DNA from: a virus
Lineage: Duplodnaviria > Heunggongvirae > Uroviricota > Caudoviricetes
Strand: one strand, 5' to 3'
IMG/VR virus record: IMGVR_UViG_3300022822_000008
Length of the DNA stretch: 64,000 nt
A program made the position numbers and the translations under genes. Below the pieces are notes generated by a model that searched no databases, was not told the DNA's origin, and worked only from the letters and a program-made list of their open reading frames with translations. Positions 25,476 through 34,593 of the stretch are shown here, piece after piece (the first letter of the stretch is position 1; every line of letters starts with the position of its first letter).

Positions 25476-25883
25476 TTATAATCCATCATAACCACGATGT
25501 CCAATCCATTTCTTGACATTTTCTTTGGAACCTCTGGCTGAATTGGGGAATTCATTATACATAAATTCTACAATACGAAGCATTAAACGACGGTTTACAA
25601 AGTCGGCACAACCGAACGAATCTGTAAGGTCATTTTCCAACACAGCATTAAGGAAACTGCCACATTCAATGCCATGTTTTAGGTAGCGATTGAGACTAGG
25701 TTCTAAGTGAACCAAGTCGGAATATTGTGTAAAATCTAATTCTCTCATACATTTCTCTTTGTTGTTTATTTCAATACAACCATTAAGGAAACTGCCACAT
25801 TCAATCCCATGATGTAAATAGCGATTAAGAACAACCCAGAAACTGAGCCAATAGCAAAACCTTGTAAAAAATCTCTCATACAT
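25476..25883 (-). CDS. Hypothetical protein whose N-terminal extension comes from a divergent ~145-bp tandem duplication that includes the 5' leader
   Basis: Internal repeat RYL(H/K)HGIECGSFLN; the peptide CIEINNKEKCM is the translated duplicate of the leader ...tgaaataaacaacaaagagaaatgtatg. Confidence 0.45.
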   Translation of the reverse strand: MYERFFTRFCYWLSFWVVLNRYLHHGIECGSFLNGCIEINNKEKCMRELDFTQYSDLVHLEPSLNRYLKHGIECGSFLNAVLENDLTDSFGCADFVNRRLMLRIVEFMYNEFPNSARGSKENVKKWIGHRGYDGL

Positions 25884-25912
25884 TTCTCTTTGTTGTTTAT
25901 TTCAATACAACC

Positions 25913-25941
25913 ATTATATCAAACATTCAAGCAGAGTCAAC
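25913..25941 (-). promoter_or_regulatory. Early promoter cassette (leader variant TTGTATTGAAATAAACAACAAAG)
   Basis: GTTGAC-17-TTGATATAATGG. Confidence 0.55.
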
Positions 25942-26226
25942 AATTAATTTATCTATATAAGAGATTTCATCTTTTGCGTCTTGGATGATTTCTAATAATT
26001 GTTCGCGTCTCTTTCCATGTAAGTTATAATGTACGAATAAATCTGCTGGGTGTGAGAATAGTATCGGAAAGTTGCCTTCAACTAATGATACTGCTAAGAA
26101 ATCTTGGCGATAATCTTCAAACAAAAATGCTTTTCTTATAGTATATAGGGCGTCAACCTTTAAATAGTTTTTTTCATCTTCTTCTACACAGACAACAGGG
26201 TCTCCGACTTTAAATTTAGGTATCAT
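25927..26226 (-). CDS. Hypothetical protein
   Basis: 99-aa ORF. Confidence 0.4.
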   Translation of the reverse strand: MIPKFKVGDPVVCVEEDEKNYLKVDALYTIRKAFLFEDYRQDFLAVSLVEGNFPILFSHPADLFVHYNLHGKRREQLLEIIQDAKDEISYIDKLIVDSA

Positions 26227-26671
26227 TGTCTATCCACTCCCAACCAAGCATTTCTTTGTGGTTATCAATATATTTCTGCAATGGTCTTTCTTCAAGGTAA
26301 ACCTCTAAACCATCACAGATTTTATATCTGCCTGCATTAACGGGATATGAAAATGTAAGTGTTGTGTGCATTAGTGAGCTATTCGTTAGGTTATCACTTA
26401 TCGAATATGTATCGGAACCTTTCTGTGGACGTTCATTCTGATCTTCATAATCATTTACGGGTTCATAATCATCCATATTATTTAATCCTCTCTTAGATAA
26501 TAGTTGTCAGCTTGAAATTGCGTGTAAGTTTTTGTGCATTCAGCGCCAACGTGATTGATATAATTAACGAAACCTGCATAGATTAATGCACCTTCCGAGT
26601 CATATTTGCTTTCTTTTAAGGAAGTCACACTTACTGGTTGTGGTTGTTTAGGCAAATAAGTTCCGCCTACT

Positions 26672-27148
26672 TTAATTTCTTCCATAACTCATTCTCCTGA
26701 AATATTCATTAATCGTCAACCAATCAGGAAAACGAACACTGCCAAACTGTATAAGTTCACCGTCGAATCTGTCTTGGCCTTTTCCTGATATACAATCATC
26801 TATCAATATATCGCCCTTTGATAGATGTTTAACTGGGCTTATGATGAGTCGTTGCAACACATCAAGGCCCAAATGTTTTTCGATGGAGTTTCTCTTTTCA
26901 GTGTAACAAAGGGGATTCATTACAGAAGGTGCTGTCAAGATGTAGGGGTCGAAATCTGTATGTTTCAGCAATCTATTAAAGGTTTTAATGGCACCTTCGA
27001 TTGGATGGAGATTTTCAAAGAAACCATACTGTGATTGTGGATATTGTATGCTTGGATTTTTTTTGATCATTTCATCAAAACGTCTAGTGAAATGGAACAT
27101 GGTATCATCCATATCAAAGTATACAATAATCTTAGTGTGAAACGTCAT
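26672..27148 (-). CDS. HAD-family 5'(3')-deoxyribonucleotidase-like protein
   Basis: N-terminal DxDxT motif VYFDMDDTMF. Confidence 0.55.
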   Translation of the reverse strand: MTFHTKIIVYFDMDDTMFHFTRRFDEMIKKNPSIQYPQSQYGFFENLHPIEGAIKTFNRLLKHTDFDPYILTAPSVMNPLCYTEKRNSIEKHLGLDVLQRLIISPVKHLSKGDILIDDCISGKGQDRFDGELIQFGSVRFPDWLTINEYFRRMSYGRN

Positions 27149-27648
27149 TACATTTGCTCTTTACAAATAGTCTGGATATATTGCATATATTCAATAGCAT
27201 CTTCGGGTGTGGAAGTGTCAAGTTGCAAATGAGGGAATGAGTCATGAAACAACCCAGCATCTATAGCTGCTTCGTTTCTGACATCGAAAGATTCGTCGTA
27301 GATAGAAATTGCCAAATCATTACCTAATAAAAATTTCAATTTGTCGGCTACAATCATGGCCATATCTGTGAGTATATCGATGGCCGTGTATTCTGGATTT
27401 TCTACAATTGCTTGATATCCACAAATGCAGGCGGTTGTTCCACAAAAGTGTTGCTGGTCATTCAGACTAAATCTATTATTGTTCGGTGTTATAAATTGAG
27501 ACATATCAAAATTTGCTTTTTCTTCTAATTTATCTGTAAACTTATTGTAGTCAATAACTTGCTGCATCGTGTTGATGAATTCTTGCAGATATAAAATCGC
27601 GTCTCTAGGTTCAGGTATTGTCGTTAACATTGGTTCTAATTTTCTCAT
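27148..27648 (-). CDS. Cys-motif family protein, tandem copy 3 (CGTTACICGYQAI ... DAIEYMQYIQTICKEQM)
   Basis: Translationally coupled triplet with 27648..28115 and 28115..28621; a distant fourth member is at 42675..43115. Confidence 0.5.
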   Translation of the reverse strand: MRKLEPMLTTIPEPRDAILYLQEFINTMQQVIDYNKFTDKLEEKANFDMSQFITPNNNRFSLNDQQHFCGTTACICGYQAIVENPEYTAIDILTDMAMIVADKLKFLLGNDLAISIYDESFDVRNEAAIDAGLFHDSFPHLQLDTSTPEDAIEYMQYIQTICKEQM

Positions 27649-28115
27649 TACATTTTTTCCTTACAAACAGTCTGGATGTATTCCATATATTCAATTGCAT
27701 CTTCTATTGTAGGATATTCACACTGTAAATGTCTGAAGTCAACATCTAGGTGTTTGCATTTTTTGGCGTATTTTCTTCGGCGCTCGGCCGTTGTTGAGTA
27801 AATTGAAAATGCTATATTTTCACCTAATCTTTTTCTAAGTTTGTAAGTAATTCCTAATGCAAGATTCCCAAGCTCGAATGCACATTTTTCTTTTGGGTTT
27901 TCTGCGATTGCTTGATACCCACAAATACAACCTGTCGTCCCGCAAAGATTATTTAGTTCACGCAAGTGCGAAGGCAAAACAAAGTCTTGCATCTTGAACT
28001 TTGCTTTTTGATTAAAATTGCCTTGCAGTAGACCGTTATAGTCATTAACTTTATGCATGGTATTAATAATTTCTTGTAAATAATCAAAAGATTCAGAAGG
28101 TTGTAGTATTTCCAT
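27648..28115 (-). CDS. Cys-motif family protein, tandem copy 2
   Basis: N-terminus FDYLQEIINTMHKVNDYN, CGTTGCICGYQAI, C-terminus DAIEYMEYIQTVCKEKM. Confidence 0.5.
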   Translation of the reverse strand: MEILQPSESFDYLQEIINTMHKVNDYNGLLQGNFNQKAKFKMQDFVLPSHLRELNNLCGTTGCICGYQAIAENPKEKCAFELGNLALGITYKLRKRLGENIAFSIYSTTAERRRKYAKKCKHLDVDFRHLQCEYPTIEDAIEYMEYIQTVCKEKM

Positions 28116-28621
28116 TACATCTGTTCCTTACAAATAGTCTGGATGTATTGCATATATTGAATAGCATCTAAAGGCGTTGGTGTATCTAAAATTAAATGTG
28201 AAAATGTTATATCATCCATCTCACAATCTTCAGCGTGTGACATTCTGTATCCGGAACTTTCTTCATAAATGCTACTTGCTAATTCTTCGCCCAACAATTT
28301 GTCCAGTTTATATGATACTTTAGCTGCTTTAGATTTAAGTATGACGGTGAGACTATATTGATTCGAAACATTATAAATGCTTAAATCGGCAAGTTTGTTT
28401 TCTTCAATTGCTTGATAGCCACAAATGCAAGCGGAAGTACCACAAAGATGCTCACTAGTTACACTATTAATTTTGATAAACTCAGTCATATTAAACTTTG
28501 TTTTTTTATTTTCATCAGGAGTAATTGCATTGTAGTCATTAACTTTATGCATGGTATTAATAATTTCTTGTAAATAATCAAACGCAAGTTTTGGATGTGG
28601 TACTGCATATTTAGTTTGCAT
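28115..28621 (-). CDS. Cys-motif family protein, tandem copy 1
   Basis: Same conserved blocks as the other two copies. Confidence 0.5.
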   Translation of the reverse strand: MQTKYAVPHPKLAFDYLQEIINTMHKVNDYNAITPDENKKTKFNMTEFIKINSVTSEHLCGTSACICGYQAIEENKLADLSIYNVSNQYSLTVILKSKAAKVSYKLDKLLGEELASSIYEESSGYRMSHAEDCEMDDITFSHLILDTPTPLDAIQYMQYIQTICKEQM

Positions 28622-28679
28622 ATTTTTCTCAATTTATTATCTAACAAAAAGGACCGACAATCGCCAGTCTATTTCTTTA

Positions 28680-29075
28680 CTATAACGCAGCGATACGAGA
28701 CTTAATATCCTCTTCGGATAAATTCTCAAGACCTGCATCTTGTTTACGCGACAGAATTTCAAGCAATTTCGCTTTTTCCGCTCTTTTGTTAGCGACCGCA
28801 GCACGTTCTAAGACTTCGTTTTGTCTGTCTGCGATTATTTCTTTCACAATATCCAATTGCAATTCAAGAGTAGATGATTTATTTGATTTTTTGACAACAA
28901 AGCTCTCATCAGCAAGTTCTTTAATTTGGCGACTCAGTGCAATAGCAACACCATCAAGAGAAGGACGAGTTGCTGCAGCTGACAATGGCAAATCAAAAAG
29001 ATCTTGTATTGTAATTTTGCCTGCTGGGCATGGAAACAAGAGTTTTAATGCGAGTACAGTTTTAAATTTGTTCAT
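28680..29075 (-). CDS. Hypothetical protein
   Basis: 131-aa ORF. Confidence 0.45.
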   Translation of the reverse strand: MNKFKTVLALKLLFPCPAGKITIQDLFDLPLSAAATRPSLDGVAIALSRQIKELADESFVVKKSNKSSTLELQLDIVKEIIADRQNEVLERAAVANKRAEKAKLLEILSRKQDAGLENLSEEDIKSRIAAL

Positions 29076-29166
29076 AATGTAATTCCTTTATTCGATTATT
29101 CGATTTATTGAGGTTGTATTATAACAAAATGGCAAACAGTTGTCAACCATTTTGTTTGTTTATTGA

Positions 29167-31182
29167 TTAAAAATTAACCTTCAATACCCGATTGAAAGAA
29201 CCTTTGACGCGAACAACAACACTGTTGCGTTGAGTTGAACTGAAACCTAATCCACTTAGTTGTTCCTTTGTGTGTTCAGCTTTAAATTTACTACTTAATA
29301 CTTCAAACACTTTACGATGTTTTACCAAACTTCCGTTCAGGAATTCGTTGTAAAAACCACGCGCGGGTTCAGGATTCAGACAACCATCAAGAATAAAGAA
29401 AACATGCTTGTTGCCAGTTTCACAGTTATCCCAATGATTAGGACTATTCATGATCATAGACACCTTCGTCCATTCGTTTGTATTTACACCCCAAACTTCT
29501 TTTGATGAAGTAGTACTTTCCATCGATTTGGTTATAACCACACCTTTAGATTTGCTGTAATTAAAATGCAACACAGTAACTTTTTTGCCATCGGGTAAAG
29601 CATCAGGATGTTTAATTAATTGAGTAGCGCCTTTTATATCAAGTTCCAATTCAAAACCCACATTAGATGTAGATCGTTTGGAATAATTATGAACAATAAC
29701 TTTATAATTACCTTCAATCATTGTCGATAAGCGATTCCAAGTAATATTTTCTACTGGGTCTGTTTTATTTGAAGGACCTCCAGCATTCATATCAACATCA
29801 AGGAGACCACCGCTGGCACCTTTCTTTGAAGAAAAGTATATAGCATTACCACTAGGTTCGATTACACTTAAGTCCAAATCGTCGCCATTGTACCACGCAA
29901 GACTAAATCGTAATTCACCAGTGACGGATCCACCAGCAGTCTTAACACGTTCCTTTATACCGTCTGTAACTTCTCCATTGTAACTCCAAGAGAAATTATT
30001 ATCCCATTTCAGCATGTTATTTGAATCTGCATCAACAGGCGCGACAACACTCATAAGATTATTAACTTGATTGTTGGCAACTTGCATCTCTATGCTATCA
30101 ACCTTCGGAAGCACTTTTGAGATGAAATCATCAATTGCAATTTCTTCAATTTTATCTGTTTTAGGTATTGAAGATTTAGTCGGTGATAGACCAAGGACGC
30201 CCATTTGTTCTTTAGCAGCTCTGTCTGCAAACAGCACATTATTGATCGTAATGTCATGAACATTAGCAAATCTGCGTTGAAGCGAATTTTCCAGACCAAG
30301 TTCAGTCACGGTCGCTTCTGCACTTGTTATCATGGACTGTGTAATAAGTGAAGTTGTGCGTTTGTAATTCGTTGGCGCAACTTTCGACTCAAATGATTTC
30401 ACTGCTTTTTCAAGTTCAACACCTTCACTTATATCAGCAATAAGAGTTCCAATTACATCATTGCGGAAACGAGCAGCACCTTTTAATTTTGCGGCAAGTG
30501 ACCATATAAAATTGGATTTATTTTGAGTTACAAGAACCGTATAATCAATTTTATATTGTTTGATTGTATTAACCAACTGACGTTTTTCAGTACCGCGATA
30601 TAAGCTGTTTTGTTCAATCAAGTCACTCACGATGTGGATCGCCTCAAGATTAAATTCACGAAGGCTACGTTCCAATACCTGCGAATCAGCAAGTTTACCG
30701 CCTGCGAAGTCACCGTATGATTTACCATGTGGCAATACATATTGTTTAGGAAGTTCAATAAAGAAATGCTCATGTTCAACGGTCTGACCTGAATCAGTCA
30801 GTTCGATATTCATTTTATTGCCGATTTTCTTTTCGTCAGACATAAATTGATTTCTGATATCAAGCGATTTTACATAAGCACTCATTGCATTAGCAACTTC
30901 TTGATAATAACCTTCAACTTCAATATCCCAAATACTTGATATGGATAAGTCTGCATTGATAGAAACTACTCCACCCATTCTACGAATAAATGTTTTGCAA
31001 CAGTTACAGTCATGAACAGTACGTTCTCGATGAATTGGATTTGTGCCTTCAGGAAAAGATGGCAGATATACATTATAATAGATTTCGTCTTTGTCGAAGT
31101 CAACTACAAATAAGGTTTCACCATTCGCTGTCATTTTCTTGAATTGTTTTTCAACTGCTTGTTGAAATATACTGAATTTCAT
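29167..31182 (-). CDS. Large hypothetical protein (671 aa), function unknown
   Basis: Long uninterrupted ORF with an HDCNCC motif near the N-terminus and a beta-rich C-terminal half. Confidence 0.6.
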   Translation of the reverse strand: MKFSIFQQAVEKQFKKMTANGETLFVVDFDKDEIYYNVYLPSFPEGTNPIHRERTVHDCNCCKTFIRRMGGVVSINADLSISSIWDIEVEGYYQEVANAMSAYVKSLDIRNQFMSDEKKIGNKMNIELTDSGQTVEHEHFFIELPKQYVLPHGKSYGDFAGGKLADSQVLERSLREFNLEAIHIVSDLIEQNSLYRGTEKRQLVNTIKQYKIDYTVLVTQNKSNFIWSLAAKLKGAARFRNDVIGTLIADISEGVELEKAVKSFESKVAPTNYKRTTSLITQSMITSAEATVTELGLENSLQRRFANVHDITINNVLFADRAAKEQMGVLGLSPTKSSIPKTDKIEEIAIDDFISKVLPKVDSIEMQVANNQVNNLMSVVAPVDADSNNMLKWDNNFSWSYNGEVTDGIKERVKTAGGSVTGELRFSLAWYNGDDLDLSVIEPSGNAIYFSSKKGASGGLLDVDMNAGGPSNKTDPVENITWNRLSTMIEGNYKVIVHNYSKRSTSNVGFELELDIKGATQLIKHPDALPDGKKVTVLHFNYSKSKGVVITKSMESTTSSKEVWGVNTNEWTKVSMIMNSPNHWDNCETGNKHVFFILDGCLNPEPARGFYNEFLNGSLVKHRKVFEVLSSKFKAEHTKEQLSGLGFSSTQRNSVVVRVKGSFNRVLKVNF

Positions 31183-31212
31183 TTTAATCTCACTTTTCTC
31201 ATTTTATAATGT

Positions 31213-31235
31213 GGGCGCTTTGTGTAACAGCGCCC
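31213..31235. terminator. GC-rich hairpin (GGGCGCT-N9-AGCGCCC), possible terminator after ORF 31246..31446; the U-tract is better on the + strand
   Basis: Perfect 7-bp stem; GUGAUUUUGG follows on the + strand, while the minus-strand flank is A-rich. Confidence 0.3.
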
Positions 31236-31245
31236 GTGATTTTGG

Positions 31246-31446
31246 TTAGTAAACGCCGCGTTCGGCTACCGATTGAGCGTAATCATAAAGTTTCGTGTGT
31301 ACTGATTTTGTAATATATTCTTGTGCCCATAATGCGTCAGCTGTTCCTCTAACTGCGTTTAATTTGCACATATAAGATCTACCTTCTAAATCTTTGGGTG
31401 TCATAAATTGCGTTTTCTTAGCTTGTGCAACAGTCATTTTTTTCAT
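31246..31446 (-). CDS. Hypothetical protein
   Basis: 66 aa downstream of the promoter cassette at 31488-31517. Confidence 0.45.
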   Translation of the reverse strand: MKKMTVAQAKKTQFMTPKDLEGRSYMCKLNAVRGTADALWAQEYITKSVHTKLYDYAQSVAERGVY

Positions 31447-31487
31447 AATAATTACCTTTTGTTTTCGTGTTTCGATTCAATGTAAAT

Positions 31488-31517
31488 ATTATATCAAAAC
31501 CCAAAGATGCTGTCAAC
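31488..31517 (-). promoter_or_regulatory. Early promoter cassette with conserved leader
   Basis: GTTGAC-17-TTGATATAATATTTACATTGAATCGAAACACGAAAACAA. Confidence 0.6.
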
Positions 31518-31610
31518 CGTTTTATGCAAATACAAAAAAAATAATCATCACTGCGCAACAGATTACCAAAGCAAAAAGCGCACCAATTGCAAAACCTTCC
31601 ATAAAATGCT

Positions 31611-31931
31611 TCATTTTAGTTGCTCTTTGATGTATTTTTCTAACAAAGCATCATATGCTGTAATTGCATTCGTCCAACCGAAGGTATAATCATCATGATA
31701 GTCATCATTTAAGTCAAGACTGCCTGATTGCATAGCTTCTCGAACTGCAGCAGCTTTATTTACTGCAGCTGCGTCTGCACCCATCGTTTCAGAATGACTT
31801 AATTTTTTTCGTAATGCTTCTGTTATTTCTTGCATTTTAATAAAATTGCATTCATGGATCGTTGCAGTAGTTTCTAGAGTTTTAATGCGTTCTAGTAAAT
31901 ATAATTCTGTTTTACTTGTCATCATTCTCAT
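31611..31931 (-). CDS. Hypothetical protein
   Basis: 106-aa ORF. Confidence 0.4.
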   Translation of the reverse strand: MRMMTSKTELYLLERIKTLETTATIHECNFIKMQEITEALRKKLSHSETMGADAAAVNKAAAVREAMQSGSLDLNDDYHDDYTFGWTNAITAYDALLEKYIKEQLK

Positions 31932-32083
31932 TCCTTAATTCGTGTATTTTTTTCATTGCTAGTCTAAAATCTTCGGTGTGTTTTGCAGACCATACAAAGT
32001 CTGGGTTAATTTCGGATCCGTCGTTTATATGTACTGTTTTCTTTTCATCTTTTCTAAATAACGACTTTATGAACTCGAGCAAA

Positions 32084-32416
32084 TTATTTTTCATCTTCAC
32101 TTAACCTTTCAAAGCCAGTTTCTACAAAATAATAATCCTGAATTCCTTTAGTAAAAAACACTTTGACGGTTTCAACTTCACAAAAGTTTTCAACAGCCAT
32201 GTGTTTGCAGATTTTAATCCAATCCTCTGGTTCTTCATCTGATTTGGGATTTGCATTTGATATGCAGCTTAATGTAAAATCAGCAACTTGATTTTTAATC
32301 TCAGTAGTTGAACAAAATGATCTACTTTCTAATCGTACCATATGTTCAATTTCTTTAGGATCAGCACACCCTGTAAGAACTGTAATTGACATAGCAAGCA
32401 TTAATAATTTTTTCAT
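32084..32416 (-). CDS. Lipoprotein (lipobox LTGC)
   Basis: MKKLLMLAMSITVLTGCADP. Confidence 0.5.
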   Translation of the reverse strand: MKKLLMLAMSITVLTGCADPKEIEHMVRLESRSFCSTTEIKNQVADFTLSCISNANPKSDEEPEDWIKICKHMAVENFCEVETVKVFFTKGIQDYYFVETGFERLSEDEK

Positions 32417-32512
32417 GAGTTTTCCTTGTTAATTCGATATACAAACTATAACAAAAAGGTCAACCGAAGTCAACCTTTTTTATAAAACAATTCACGTTCG
32501 ATTTAATCGTCT

Positions 32513-34261
32513 TTAGATCGAATCAAGAACGTTTTTACGCACTTCTTCGAGCGTTGTTGTCAATATCATTTTAGAGTCCTTAAAAATCGTTTTGAGTTCG
32601 CCTTGTTTTTCTTGTTCCTGAGTTTGCCCATCATATTGAACATAGACGCCATCTTCAAGTTCGATACGTAATAAACCAAATGCAGATTTCTTTTTAGAAT
32701 CAGTTTTTGGGTCTTTACAAACATTAACAGAATTTCCGTTTTCTTCAATGTAAGTTGCTTTTACAGCAGAACCGTGGGTGTCACGACTAACAAACTGATA
32801 AGAATATGAACCAACACCCATTACGACAAGTGGAGCGAAACCTTTTTCCATCAAACGACGGTAAATTTCAGTTTGTCTAACAAGCGTAATTGAATCACCG
32901 TAGATTGCGCCAATTTGGTCGTGCAAGATTTTATATCCAACTTCAGTTTCAACACCACCAAAGATATCCCACAAACATTCAACCAAACCTTTGTCTTCGG
33001 AAGACAATTGCATCTCAGTAAATGTACAAAAGTCAAGATCATCACCGTAGTTATCAACATAATAATAAGTTTTATCATGGCGATTCAGTTCAGGTTCATA
33101 TGTGACTTTATAAGGAGTTCCGTCTGGAGCTCTATAGAATCCAGTTGAGCAGCTTATTGGGTTTGTGCAGTCTTCAGCCAATTCATCACAAAATTCCTCA
33201 TCTAATTCTGCAGCAACGGCTTCTTTCCAAGATTGTACGTTATCATTAAAATCAGTTACTTTTTTGAATTCACGACCACAAAGAACTTCTACAGGATCAC
33301 CAGAATCAGGCCGAACAACAAATTTACCAGAACGAGCAAGGATGTCTTCTTTCAATAAAGGAATACCTTCAGATACAAATTTCCAAAAGTCAAAAGAATC
33401 AGAAACATGCGAAAGGATTTTATTTTCTTTAACTTTAGTAAATAAATATCTGACATACATCAATTCAGCGTCGAATTTGCTAATTCCTTCTTTTTGAGCA
33501 ATTGCCATAATGAATGAAGTTGCTGTGCTGTGTTCAGTTGCATAAACGCTTTTACCTACACATTCACCTTTAACTTTCGCACCATAGTATTTTTCGACAC
33601 CCATAATACCAGCGATAGTATCAGTTCCGAATGAGCTTGTTAATTGACCCATTGAACTCATCATAGCGGCCTCCGGTCCGAACATACCGCGCGCCGAAAA
33701 ATCGTGATTCATAAACCAAGCAACACCTGGATCTACACCAGATGCCAAATAAGCTTTAATGGTATTTTTCAGATAGGCGCGTGAAGTTGTAGCTGAAGTT
33801 TGTAAAGGCCAAACGCATTGACTGTGTAGCGTTTCTAAGTAGTTTCCAATCCAAGCAAAATCATCATGAGTTGTTTGATAAGTAGTACTAGCAACACCGT
33901 AAGGAACCATAACACCTTCAGGTAGAGATTTAATTTCGAGCGGCAAATATTGCAAATCATGCAAAGCTTCAAAGTGCGAAACATCTACATCTTCATCAAG
34001 AATAGCATCAACATGTGACTTTAAAAACTTACAAGCGATAGCTTTATCAACTTGAAAGAAAGTCTCATTCCATTGTTTAATAAGATATTCAGTCACATAA
34101 TACTGATTACCAAAGTTCATAACACCGTCACGTTCTTCATGTGGGATATTACTCAACCGAGAGTTTCGGTTTGTCATGTTACCATAAACTTTAGTTATTC
34201 CATCGATGTAAGCATCTTTATGGAATAACTTATAAGCATCTGTTGCTAGTGCTACAAACAT
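32513..34261 (-). CDS. nadV: Nicotinamide phosphoribosyltransferase (NAMPT/NadV)
   Basis: N-terminus LATDAYKLFHKDAYIDGITKVYGNMTNR matches the NAMPT signature. Confidence 0.8.
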   Translation of the reverse strand: MFVALATDAYKLFHKDAYIDGITKVYGNMTNRNSRLSNIPHEERDGVMNFGNQYYVTEYLIKQWNETFFQVDKAIACKFLKSHVDAILDEDVDVSHFEALHDLQYLPLEIKSLPEGVMVPYGVASTTYQTTHDDFAWIGNYLETLHSQCVWPLQTSATTSRAYLKNTIKAYLASGVDPGVAWFMNHDFSARGMFGPEAAMMSSMGQLTSSFGTDTIAGIMGVEKYYGAKVKGECVGKSVYATEHSTATSFIMAIAQKEGISKFDAELMYVRYLFTKVKENKILSHVSDSFDFWKFVSEGIPLLKEDILARSGKFVVRPDSGDPVEVLCGREFKKVTDFNDNVQSWKEAVAAELDEEFCDELAEDCTNPISCSTGFYRAPDGTPYKVTYEPELNRHDKTYYYVDNYGDDLDFCTFTEMQLSSEDKGLVECLWDIFGGVETEVGYKILHDQIGAIYGDSITLVRQTEIYRRLMEKGFAPLVVMGVGSYSYQFVSRDTHGSAVKATYIEENGNSVNVCKDPKTDSKKKSAFGLLRIELEDGVYVQYDGQTQEQEKQGELKTIFKDSKMILTTTLEEVRKNVLDSI

Positions 34262-34263
34262 AA

Positions 34264-34593
34264 TTATTTTCCTTCTTCATTTTGAATTAATTCAAAATAC
34301 ACCACGGCGCGGCATATTGCTTTTTCGTGCGTTTCATCTTCATTTTCAAATGCGAGAAACCTTTCAAGTTCTTGATTTTCGTGGCACCAGTAATTAGGAC
34401 CAAGACAATCGTAATCTTCATAGCTTTTATTTACGTTGAATTCTTGTGCTATGTAAGCACCACCCGACAATGAAAAGGGATCCAATGGAGCAATCATCCA
34501 TTCATATGAGTTACATATTGCGATTATTGCTTCACTCAACTCGTCATCGGTCATATCGAATACTTTATAATATAATGGTAATTCTTCTCTCAT
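34264..34593 (-). CDS. Hypothetical protein
   Basis: 109 aa between nadV and the prs-like gene. Confidence 0.4.
   Translation of the reverse strand: MREELPLYYKVFDMTDDELSEAIIAICNSYEWMIAPLDPFSLSGGAYIAQEFNVNKSYEDYDCLGPNYWCHENQELERFLAFENEDETHEKAICRAVVYFELIQNEEGK

Noticed and set aside
32466-32492. Direct repeat GGTCAACC-GAA-GTCAACC resembling two -35 boxes
   Set aside because: No matching -10 element is at the right spacing for the second copy, so it is probably a chance duplication of the -35 hexamer.
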